44,829 nt of DNA. Origin: Cercozoa sp. M6MM. Taxonomy: Eukaryota; Protista; Endomyxa: Ascetosporea. Positions 35,163-44,829 of this stretch are shown piece by piece. The position numbers and the translations under genes are program-made. Position 1 is the first letter of the stretch; each line of letters begins with the position of its first letter. The stretch is from the NCBI GenBank assembly GCA_040357565.1, contig JBDODJ010000085.1, one strand, 5' to 3'. Below the pieces are notes generated by a model, which saw nothing but the letters and a program-made list of their open reading frames with translations, was not told the DNA's origin and did not search any database.

Positions 35163-37781
35163 TAAGTCACTCAGTCACTGGGTGAGTGTGCGTCCACCGG
35201 TACCTTCGTAGAGCTGCGCAAAGTGCGGCACGCGGCGTCGCAGTGTCTCCACCACCTCAAGTGTCAGACCGTGTGACAGCTTGTTGACACTGCAATCGCA
35301 CACACACACACACTCACACGCACACACATGCCAAGTAATACCCCACACACGTGCCAAGTGAACATACTCAGGTGCATAAGGCAGAAATCGCATGCGCGAG
35401 ACCGTGCGCAAAGCGCGTAACTCTGCGCGGTCTGTAGTCCAACGGGGAGGGTGTTGAGGGGGTAGGAGTAAGAGGGGTAAGAGTTAAGATTACTCAGTGA
35501 GGCCTGCGGAGTCGGCATCAGCGCGAGCACTTGCATTCCCTGTGTCATACACACATACATACTTATGTGCCAAGACACTCATCAAGAACAGAGGTACTCC
35601 GTCGGACACGGGTGTGCGAGCGAGTGCCAACTGACGCGTCAGCAGAGCGTAGCCCGACACTCGCCTGCAGGGAGGGGTGTCAGAAGGGATAAGAGGGGGG
35701 GGGGGGNNNNNNNNNNNNNNNNNNNNNNNNNNNNNNNNNNNNNNNNNNNNNNNNNNNNNNNNNNNNNNNNNNNNNNNNNNNNNNNNNNNNNNNNNNNNNN
35801 NNNNNNGGGGGGGGGGGTAAAGAGAGCAACGGGTAAAAGATAAACAGAAACAAAGGCGTACAATGGCGTGAGCATGCGCTCCATGTCACGCACGAGACTG
35901 TGCAACACATACGATGGGAATAAAGAGTACAGAGTAGGTGCGGGGGGGGGGGGCGGGTGAATACCGACGAGGAGGACTGTAAGACAAAGTCTCGCGAATC
36001 AGGTGCACTAGGCACAGCAACAAGGTAACATAATAGGCACAGCAACAAGGTAACATAATAGACAGAGGGAGTAAAAGTAAAACAGGCGATACACAGCGCC
36101 AGCAGCGTCACTTGCGGCACCTGCGCATGCACCGACAACTTGCGTTTCTGCAGCTGCGCCGGTCGTCTGTACAAACGTACGGGCCATATGCATACAGTGC
36201 GACATGTCCTGTACAGTATGGACACAGGTATGGACACAGCGTACAGAGTGCGCAGTTCCGACAGAATCGCTCGCCACACGGCCGTCACCGTCAGACTGCC
36301 TACGCATACGGGGTATTAAAGGGGCTATGGGGCTATGGGGCTATGGGGCTAAGGGGGGTATAAACTGCACTATAAACTGCACGAAGCACCACAAGCGAGA
36401 CAATCGATGAGATAGGCGAACGAGAAGGCGTACTCGCCACCCAGCACAGCGTCCAGGTGTCTATAAGGTAAAAGAGGGCAGAGGTAAAAGGGAGTAAAAA
36501 AAAAAGGGGGGGGGGGGGGGGGTAAAGCACAAGAGGACTCTCGTACCTTGTTTTCGAGTGATTCGTTGCGTCGTTTCGCGTTTTTCGCAGCAACGCGCCG
36601 CTTGTCACTGTTCGGACCTACGGGGGGGGCAAAAGGGGGTAAGACTAGGGGTAGGGTAAGGGGTAAGGGTAAGGGGTAAGGGGTAAGGCTAAGGGTAGGA
36701 GGTGAAGCAAGAGGGATGAAGGGGTAGAAACCAATCCTTGCACGCGACGGCGCTGCGACGGAGCGTCTGAGAGCGGCCGCAGCAGCACCGACTGCAGGTA
36801 GTTGCAGAACTCGAGGCACTGCTCGTGCAGCGAGTGCCACTGCACTTGCGACGGTGCGTTGGCGGCCACCTGTCCAGCAGGACAGGACCAACAGGAGGTA
36901 GGAATAAGAGAGAGGGGAGTAAGGGATAGGAGGGCTAACTGAGAGCATACAGAAACAGCAAAGAAGGAAGGCGCCGTGCTCGACATTTGTGCGTCGCACC
37001 AGGCACGGGCCACACGGCGCAGTACCTCTGTCCAAATGGTACCAAATGGTACCATTGCCCACGTGTGTGCATGTGTGTCAAGGTACCCTCACGTGCAGCA
37101 CCCTGAACGGTGCCCTTGGGACGGTGTGTCAGCAAGGAGAACCAGTGCAGCACACACGACACCGTGTTCATCACCGACTGTATCGGCAGGGTATCAGGGG
37201 TAATGGGGGGGGGGTTAAACTCTACCTGCACACGAAGCGCCTGCTTGCCGAGGCCAGTTTCGTCTACAGGCGAGCCTTCTTGATTCTTGCTCTCCAGCAC
37301 ACCCGACAACAGTCTGACCAGGACACACAGACAGCAGGTACACACATCAGCTACCTGTCCCCCTCTATTCTCAATGACTTCGCACTACCGCAGTCGGTCA
37401 AACATCACTCGCAGCAACACTTCGGCCACTTTCTGCGCCTCCTTGGGCTGCCGCCGGATCGTCTCCCTTTGTAAAACAAGGAAGCCACTCACACAGACAC
37501 AAACACACACAGTGGGATCCTAGGTACCAGAACACGGCATACTCCTCGTGTGGCAACGATGCATCTGGCGACGACACGACATTCTGCGCACGAATAGATA
37601 CAGATGTGTGCACGTGGGAAGTCTGGGTGTCGTGGTACCTCAAGCAACGTGTCCAACTTAAGACCTAAGAAGACACAACAGAGAGACGTTTGAAAAAAGG
37701 AAATCAAGTTTGCACCGAGCACTAAATGCACAGAAAACCTGTCAGCGCCGCTGCTTTGGTCGACAGCTGCCGCGTGTGCAT
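32339..37781 (-). CDS. PI3K class IB regulatory subunit (p101/p84)-like / PACS C-terminal-like protein
   Basis: Spliced C-terminal half: AVTGDDQQLSVLLHAL...LDLAVYVAPLQRGHLASFLARQD-WYNRQVFEPF...RLLEDYVRSAQQTLPVTVWRIEC...DIPFAVHMQVGLV...GVYLLADDVMFGPF...HQGVAS*, which recalls the DPWYxRxV and IPFxxxxxVG motifs of p101 and PACS-1. Helical-looking N-terminal exons start at MHTRQLSTK. The model spans a 100-N gap, so continuity of the two halves is inferred. Confidence 0.6.
33952..34032. repeat. (TA)n microsatellites in an intron
   Basis: Two TA runs. Confidence 0.9.
34355..34426. repeat. 36-bp imperfect tandem duplication in an intron
   Basis: tacaactctacctatatacaaacctatacacatact / tacaactctacctacatacaaaccaatacatatact. 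Confidence 0.85.
35113..35158. repeat. (CA)n microsatellite in an intron of the minus-strand gene
   Basis: Pure CA run. Confidence 0.95.
35707..35806. other. Assembly gap (100 N) flanked by poly-G
   Basis: Run of N. Confidence 1.
36009..36058. repeat. Perfect 25-bp tandem duplication next to a 3' splice site
   Basis: taggcacagcaacaaggtaacataa twice. Confidence 0.9.
36646..36699. repeat. Telomere-like G-rich repeat (TA(A)GGG(G))n in an intron
   Basis: taggggtagggtaaggggtaagggtaaggggtaaggggtaaggctaagggtagg. Confidence 0.85.
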
Positions 37782-37964
37782 ATGCGAGCCCTGATCTAAC
37801 AGTAGACCTGATAGAAATAATAATTTTGGGTTGTGCCTTTTCCGGGAGATCAAGAAGATCTGTCCAAAATACGGTCGAACGTACCAGTTTATGGACATCA
37901 TGAAAAATAAAACCGGATCAAACTTCGATATTTGCCAAGTATAGTCAGATAGAGACACTGTCGT

Positions 37965-39689
37965 ATGGCTCAGTCGACACAATATTTAGTTCTTGGTACG
38001 CCACAGCTATTCCAGCCGTCGCGCGTGCTGGCGAACCCGATCGCCAAAAAGGTATGTGTGACCGTCAGATCGGATGAGTGTCGGGTGCTTTCTCGCCTAC
38101 CTGAGTATTGGTTTGGACAGATCTGCGACCTAATCTATCTTGACTTGAAGAGCGCGAAATCTCTCCGAGTACCGCTAGAGTTTGAGCTGCGTTTCGGCAC
38201 TCTGTTGGTAGGGTTGGATCCGCACGTGCATTGTATTATAGCTTTAGTTTTGACCGCTGAAGGTTCGCAGGACAGGCAAACCGAGGAGAAACTCGATCGC
38301 GGCACGTCGACGCCAGCGGCGCTGAAACCGTCTTTTAATGAGTGCTTTTTTAAGAGTGGTACGTGTCCTACCCCCCCATGTCACTTCATACCTCCGTGCT
38401 TTGCAGGAGTCGACAGCGAGGTGTGGGCCAAGATGCGGCAGTACCTGCAGCAGTGGTGTGACCGAGTGAGTGTCCTGCCTGACCTGCCGCAGGAGAAGAG
38501 AGTCAAGCACCTCGGCATGCGCAAGACCAAGGTATCTTTGCTCCTGTCCCACATGCTACCCATGTTTACCCCCCCCCCCCGTGCAGGACCTGCAATACCA
38601 AGGTCGTGTACGCGTCACCATCGACGCCTCCACCGACGAAACCGTCGCTTGCGTCATGAAGAAGAAACGCGGGTCAGCTTTGCCTGTTATTACCCTTCCC
38701 TGTGACCCTTTGATGTGCGTGTGTCTTGTACAGTGTACTGAACGTGCTGCAACCCGAGGATTATGACTGGCGTATCGGGTACTCTTTCGCAGCGTTTTTC
38801 TGCGTCCGCGCGGATGTGAATTGTTGTCTCACATACCAACAGATCGGCTACAGAAACTGATGCGCCTATGCCGCCCTCGGACACTCCTGTTACCTTTGTC
38901 TTTCGCATGTCTACATCCTCCCTGTACTTTTACTCTTCTTGTGTGTGTTTCCAGATTAGGCAAATTCGAGTCAAGTCGCGCGAAAGCTGGCAGTTCGACG
39001 GTACAAATTTCCCCATTGCTCCCTTAAGCATCCTGTGTTTATGGCTACAATCATTACCAGTACAGGACTCCGAATCGATCTGACCGACGTGATCACTCAT
39101 ATGCCGGACGAACATGTGCCAAGTACTGCCTTCCCCTTCAACTCCAGTCGCCTTTAATTAATGATCTCTTGTTTTGGGTGGCTACAAACAGAAGAGCCGG
39201 GCGAGCAGGTGAGCCGGTGTCATGAGATCGAACTCGAAATCGTCGACACGGCCCTGTTGCAGCGCATACGCGATGCTGTACCCCCCCCCCCCCGTCCCTC
39301 TTGACCCACTCCCTACCCTTGTCTCCGATGCCTAGATCCACAACAAGAAGCCACTCAGCGAGCTCGCCATGCTGGCCAACGTGCTGGCCACGCATGCAAC
39401 CTCTGTCACCAGTACCTGTCCCTGTCCCTACCCCTGTCTCTACCCCTGCCCCTGTTCTTGCCCTACCCCTGTCCCTCTGGGTTGACTCACTGATATCTTG
39501 TTGCTGTGTCCCTGCAGACATGCTGCGCTCGGCCAAACGCGACGTCGCCAAGAAGCGGCATCAGCAGCCCAGCGGTGGTACTGCTGCCTTTTCTTGCCCC
39601 TTTGACTACCCATACCCTCAATACTGACTGACTGGATTCTAGCTGTCGCCGCTGCCCCCGAGGCTAAGCGACGCCGCACGCGCTACTAA
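37965..39689 (+). CDS. mRNA-capping RNA 5'-triphosphatase, Cet1-like (triphosphate tunnel metalloenzyme / CYTH)
   Basis: Motif A LEFELRFG, FKSGV, RVRVTID, KKKR, YDWRI, motif B RVKSRESWQF, RIDLTDV, motif C HEIELEI; C-terminal NLS-like AKRRRTRY*. Confidence 0.88.
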
Positions 39690-40365
39690 ATAGCCAACTA
39701 AGTAGTCTCCCTGCACCAGGCGCTATCGTATAAATACTATGCAAACTACCCCGACATAGCCTTTTTCGACTAATATGTAAATTCTCATCGTACTCATTGC
39801 GGTGAGGCCGAAACGTTTAACGCAAGTAAGTTCATTCAGTTCCTAGCCTATTGCTGTTACTACGGCTCAATGGCCCAATCAGTAAGGGAAAGGAGAGACT
39901 AAATAAATCATTCAATTAGATAAGTCGTCACTCAGTTGAGTCAACGTTAGAACTGTAGGTGAAATACCCCTACTGGGTCTCGAAGTGATCCCACTGGATC
40001 TCGACCGAAGGAAGACGTCCTTGGTCGTTTAATGCGTGTAGAAAGAAAAAACTCCGCCTGTGAACACACGACGAAGTGAGTGGAATGGAAACCAGCCAAT
40101 GAGCTAACTGACCAGGCTGAAGCCGTGACGGAGCTTTCTGCTTCTCTGCAAGGACTCTGTCCAGGCAAGATCTACAGCAACAGCAATCCACTGAGTCAGT
40201 AGTTAGGTCTCAGAGCAAGGTACCAAGCCAAAACACTCTTAAACTTCTTCCCTGTCTCAAACTTGTTTGGGACATAGAATATGACCTCCACGCGGACGGG
40301 TCAGAGCAATGACTACTGAAAATGTGCAGTAACATTGCTGTGTGTAATTCTACAACGAGAGTCGT

Positions 40366-40753
40366 TCAGTTATTTTGCGTGCTCTGTGTCTCAGTCTGCG
40401 TCTGGTCGTGCGAGTACTGCAGCTGCTTGACACACGACTTGGCGGCATGCTCGAACGCCATGCAGTCTGCACACGGCCAACAGGCGGTGTCTCCCATTAG
40501 TCCCTCCCAAATTGTTATTGTTGGGCTTGTGTGTACCCAGTTTCTCGTGTCGCGGGTCGTTCTGCAGTCGCGGGTCGTCTTGAATCGCCAGACACTGTTG
40601 CCACAGCTGCAACACCACAAGCAAAAGATACTCATGTTATCTAAATCCGTGTCAGTGTTTACATTCTACCTGCTGAGGCCTCTCGCACTGGGACAGGTGC
40701 TCAGGCAACTTCACTCGCAGCAATCTGTTCAACGAGTCCGCCTTGTCACTCAT
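40366..40753 (-). CDS. Small twin CX9C (CHCH-like) protein
   Basis: Two introns give MSDKADSLNRLLRVKLPEHLSQCERPQQ|LWQQCLAIQDDPRLQNDPRHEKL|DCMAFEHAAKSCVKQLQ...; both Cys pairs are exactly CX9C. The 3' end is uncertain (possible further exons to about 39950). Confidence 0.55.
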
Positions 40754-41052
40754 TCTAAAAATCTTTTCAGTCAGTGGGTCGCGGAATAACAAAACAAGTG
40801 TCAATGTGTAATTAGACCGACTTAATCGTGCACAATTTTGTAAGTGCTCAAATAGGCACTGGTCAGCTTAACGTAACACGTACTGCAACATTTGAACCCA
40901 CTGCGCTGGTGATTTTTAAGGACGCGCAAGTAAAGTATACTCTGTACTGTACGACGATACCGGGATCCAACGGAAGGTGGTACTGTGGGTAAAATCGAGC
41001 CCACCAAAATCAACGAAACTGGACAAGAAAAGAAGCGAAGAAAAGCGAAGGC

Positions 41053-42166
41053 TCAGTGCGTGGTGGACTTGAGGAACTTGGTGAAGCTCTCGTAGGCCTG
41101 ATTGAGGTCAAAGTCGAGCTGCCGCACCTGCTCCTCGCTGAGCTCGTCGTGCGCGCGCATGCGGTTCATCTGAACAAGCCAGTCGCGCAGCTTGGCCTTG
41201 CAGGCGTGGTCGTCGGCCAGACCGCCGATGGCGTTGAGCGACGACGACAAGGCTTGCAGTTCCGGCAGCACCTATGAGGGTATGAGAGAGGGTAAGGGTG
41301 AGGGTAAGGGTGAGGGTAAGGGTGAGGGTAAGGTCACGTATAAAACAAGGTGACAAGGGACGGCGTAGGACTACCTGATCCACGGCGAACATGCCGACCT
41401 TGAGTGCATCCATCGCCGTGATGAAATGTTGCACAGCAGCAGCCACGTTGACCTGATGGGCGGAATAAAGGGGTAAACGGGAAAAGGCAAAGACAATAAA
41501 GAGGTAAGGGGTCTAAAGAAGGTGAAGAACCTGGTCTTTCTGGTCAGCGCCGCTGTTGGCACCGGCATGGAACACAGTGGCCGGTGAGCCCATGTTGACC
41601 AGTCGGTTGATAGCACTGCCGACCTGCAGCGAGTGCTCGGCCACGAAGCGATGAATGTCCGGCACGTACTGCTGGATCGCTACCTGCCCAGTGTCGAAGA
41701 GTAAAACTGAAACAACAGACAGGAGGCAAAGGCCACCTCCATCGTCTTGTACTGCCGAATCAACTCGAAGCACTGCGCCTCGTACTCCTTGGCATCGACG
41801 TTGCCTCGCGCATACATCTGCTCCAGTTTCTCCACCGCCATCAGCAGCGCTGCAAAGCAAGCACACGATTAAGGGAGACAAAAAATCGCAAGCAAGCTAC
41901 GGAGCCCGCTCACACGCACCGTACAAATCGGCGAGTTTGTCGTATTTTTCGCGCTCCTGGCGCGACTTGTGCAGCGTCACGCGCGGCATCGGCTTCACCG
42001 CCTGTACCGGCCGTTGCGACGCTGCATTAGTTTAACAGGGCAGTAAAGGGGCAAAAACAGCTCAGGACGCAAAGGAATGACTACCTGACTGACGCGATGA
42101 GACTGAAGACAGAGAAGGCGATGGCGGGGTTCCGCCAAGATTGCTGCCCGGCACTTGCAGCGACAT
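41053..42166 (-). CDS. VPS28: ESCRT-I subunit VPS28
   Basis: ERekYDkLADLYALLMAVEKLEQMY...EYEAQCFELIRQYK...AINRL...G.PATV...VQHFITAMDALK...VDQVLPEL...KLRDWL...MRAHDELSEEQVRQLDFDLNQAYESF; five introns. Confidence 0.95.
41289..41333. repeat. Alternating AGGGTA/AGGGTG hexamer repeat in a VPS28 intron
   Basis: agggtaagggtgagggtaagggtgagggtaagggtgagggtaagg. Confidence 0.9.
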
Positions 42167-42672
42167 TGTGCACTTCAGTGGCTTTATTGACTCAAGAATT
42201 GCGCTTTGACCGTACTAAGCACTCAAAAATTCGACGACACGAGCACAAATCGCGACCCAGATGGGATTGTTGTTTGGGCTCAGGTGCGAATCATTCGAGT
42301 CGACAGGACGAGAACCGAACCACTGTCGACACGCGATCCTCTTCTGGTTGTTTTGCTCTGTTTCGCGCTCTTCGTCAACAAAAGACCAGCCAGTGCAGGT
42401 CTACAGACAAGGTACCGTAGCGTGTGTGCGTAGCTGGACATTTAGCCGAGTCCTGGTGCTGTCCGACTGGTTGATCATCTGAGTGGCGATTGGCTTGGTC
42501 GGGTCATCCCAGTCAGCACTGAATGTTCTCGATGATCCAGCCATGTGTCACTCTTCCGTTCTTTTCTGTGCACTTTCTTGGATGCTTCCTTTCTTCCGCA
42601 TCGCTTCCCTGTGGGTGCCTGTTGCAATTCTTCGCTTTCTTTTCGCAGGTTGTTCTCTTCCAATCGTTCAAA

Positions 42673-43459
42673 ATGGGCATCTGTTCCTCGTTCGTTGACA
42701 CTAGCGACGCGTAACTTTATCCTGCTACCGGGCTAGTTGTGTGTAATGTGTGGAATACCCTGGCATCGTGAGAATCTGTAGTCCCCAGATTGACGCCGGC
42801 GAGGTCGCCAAGCGTCTGTTGAAGACTCTGCCTGACCTGTGCAAGGACACCAACCAACTCGCAACGGATGTCTTCCCGAGCAACGTGCAGAATGCGAGCA
42901 CCAACGGTGTCTGGGCGGTGCGCGGCTACGGTGCCGATCTCACCAAGATCACGGTAAATTTATTAATTCGGGTCATCTTTATCCCTCACTACTTTTTTCT
43001 TTTAGGACGACGTCGGCTACAAGGAGCTCACGGCCGACACTCGAATCGAGGACATGCGCTCAGCTGCTGTGGTACATACCCTTACTCTCTTTGTCCCCTT
43101 CCCCTCCGGTCCTTACTCTTATGTTTATTGTGTTGTAGCTGTCGGCCGGCGGTATCGACAGCAGGTGGCGTCGCCGTGCCTACGACATCGTGTGGAACGA
43201 GATGCGCTATGAAGTCAACTCGCAGCTCGGCTCCAAGCCCTACCCCGTAGCTTACCCTTTGCTTCTCCCTAAGTAAATTCTACTCCATGACCCGATATTT
43301 GCCTCTTTTTTTCAGGTGCGTTCGGCACTGCGCAAGGCGTCGCGCTCGGCATGCGACGGTCTGGTGGACCAGCAGGCTGACTTGTTGATCAAGAAAATCG
43401 TCGCCAAGCTGCAGGAGGGCGTCGAGCTTGACGAGGCCATGCAGCCCGACGAGCAGTAG
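42673..43459 (+). CDS. Uncharacterised small protein with predicted N-myristoylation/palmitoylation start (MGICSS)
   Basis: Four introns give an open frame MGICSSFVDTSDA|PQIDAGEVAKRLLKTLPDLC...KIT|DDVGYKEL...AAV|LSAGGIDSRWRRRAYDIVW...KPYP|VRSALRKASRSACDGLVD...DEQ*. Confidence 0.7.
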
Positions 43460-44425
43460 AAATTTGTCGTTGCAGTCCGTCGGCGGCCCAACACGGTCGC
43501 AAGTGAGCACCGCACCCCTCCCCTCCCTACCATGAAGTATAGCTCGGTTGCTCACGTCACCTTACATTGATGTACCCCGATATGTTACTGTCAACATCAA
43601 ACAACCTACTCGGCTGACTATTTGCTCCGCGTGGAAGCACACCTATCAGTCATGCCAAATAAGAATTGAAGTGTTTTGCTAAGGTTGAGAGCTAGTAACC
43701 TAACAATTGAGTGTTGCCTAGCTTGACATACCCTGTGTTTGGTAGAGTGGCGAGCAGCTCGAAACTGTTGACAGAATTAAAAAAGCCCTCGTTCCAGATA
43801 CCAGGTACCTCAAAGGATACCGCGCTTGTTGACACCAAAGTAACTGACTTGCTCTACCTTGAGCAGGCAAGAGGGTTTTATTTAGTTTGTCTTCGAAGAC
43901 AACTAAATAATGTAACGACGGCCCTACCTTGGGGTAACCTTCTCTCTTCTGATATCTTTAGGTTTATTGTGACGTTGACGAACACTAAATTAAACGACAC
44001 ATTCTTACTTTTCTTTAGTCGTTGCCAAATTGACAATGAAGATACTATAACTTATACAAAACTGAACGGAAAAGAGCTCAACTTTCTTCAAATGATGAGC
44101 CAGTCAACCGAACGGTCCGTGACTCAGTGGAGATCTAGAGTGGACTAGCGGGCTCCTGCTCACAGAACTGAAGCGAACAGTGCCAGCTTCCGGTCAGTTC
44201 TGTTAGTGAAATGAAACCGGCTGCCAAATCAAACTGCAAATGAGCTATACTTACAAAGCTATCCAAATCGGTCGCTTATCACTGGCATATGAAGGGATCG
44301 ACCAAAATATTCTAGTAGCGCAGTCTGTGGTAGGAGTCGGCGTAGTCAATTCACCGACCGACATTGTGTCGACCAAAACCGACTGTCTCTTTGGTCATGC
44401 CGTGATCACCGTATCCCTATAGTCA

Positions 44426-44706
44426 TCACCCATCGTAGTCCTCATCGTAGTCCTCCTCGGCGTGCGGCTCGTCGTACTCGTCGTCATCTTCAGGGACGGG
44501 CTCTTCCTCGTCGTCGTCGTCGTCGTTCTCGTCGCTCGGCTCGACGGCAGGCGGCTGCTCGACCTCCTGCTGCTGCTCCTGCTGCTGCTGATCCTCCAGC
44601 TCTTCGGTCTCGGGCTCGTCGGGCTCGTCGCAGTCGTCGGCCGAGCCGTACTTGTAGGCGGCAAAGTCCTTCTTCTCCTTGCTGTTCACCGAGTCGAGGA
44701 CCCACC
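44426..44706 (-). CDS. Last exon of a gene extending beyond the window: BRCT-like terminal helix plus long acidic tail
   Basis: After an acceptor (...gggcag): WVLDSVNSKEKKDFAAYKY, resembling the BRCT WxxDS...Y motif, then D/E/Q-rich sequence to a TGA. Confidence 0.55.
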
Positions 44707-44829
44707 TGCCCGGCCGGGTCACAGATTAAATCAATCAGTGGACGCAGTCGATGACAGGAAAGTCTTGGTGGGGGGGGGGGGCGCGAAGGGGAGAGGAGGG
44801 GAGGGGACTGAAGACAACACGAGTGTACT

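Noticed and set aside
43711-44148. 145-aa plus-strand ORF
   Set aside because: Non-ATG start, intronless, codon usage unlike neighbouring genes and no recognisable motif.
1-44829. Alternative genetic code or non-canonical intron ends
   Set aside because: Genes I traced close with standard stops (TAA, TAG and TGA all used), and all introns needed were GT-AG. No in-frame stops remained after splicing in the segments checked.

Overview
Gene-dense, intron-rich eukaryotic genomic scaffold, probably from a protist. The lineage cannot be fixed from sequence alone; a Cet1-type triphosphatase argues against animals and land plants. Introns are short GT-AG (mostly about 50-90 nt), some carry microsatellites, and there are three N-gaps. 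The ORF track is fragmented by introns, so I spliced genes by hand. In order: 3' end of importin alpha (+); a giant (roughly 4,700 aa, 30 introns) type I membrane protein (-) with a SibA-like N-terminus, a fibro-slime/PA14 domain carrying a trefoil-like insert, an L-type lectin domain, filamin/Ig-like repeats, a long Cys-rich repeat array, one TM helix and a charged tail; ALG10 (+); a PHD plus tandem-BRCT protein (-) whose 5' end is lost in a gap; an intron-containing Merlin/IS1595-type transposase (-) whose 3' end runs into the same gap; a degenerate calmodulin/myosin light chain-like gene (-); a casein kinase 1 ending in [13 protein letters not shown] (+); an FN3-like repeat membrane protein (+); a p101/PACS-C-like protein (-); a Cet1-type RNA triphosphatase (+); a small twin-CX9C protein (-); VPS28 (-); an MGICSS dual-acylation candidate (+); and the last exon of a BRCT-like acidic protein (-). 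Most notable: the spliced Merlin transposase possibly domesticated or fused to PHD-BRCT, the giant mosaic Sib-like receptor, the K-Ras-type prenylation tail on CK1, and a 5' splice-site signature dominated by GTAC/GTAG with +5G mostly absent. Family assignments rest on motif recognition from memory; no database search was run.
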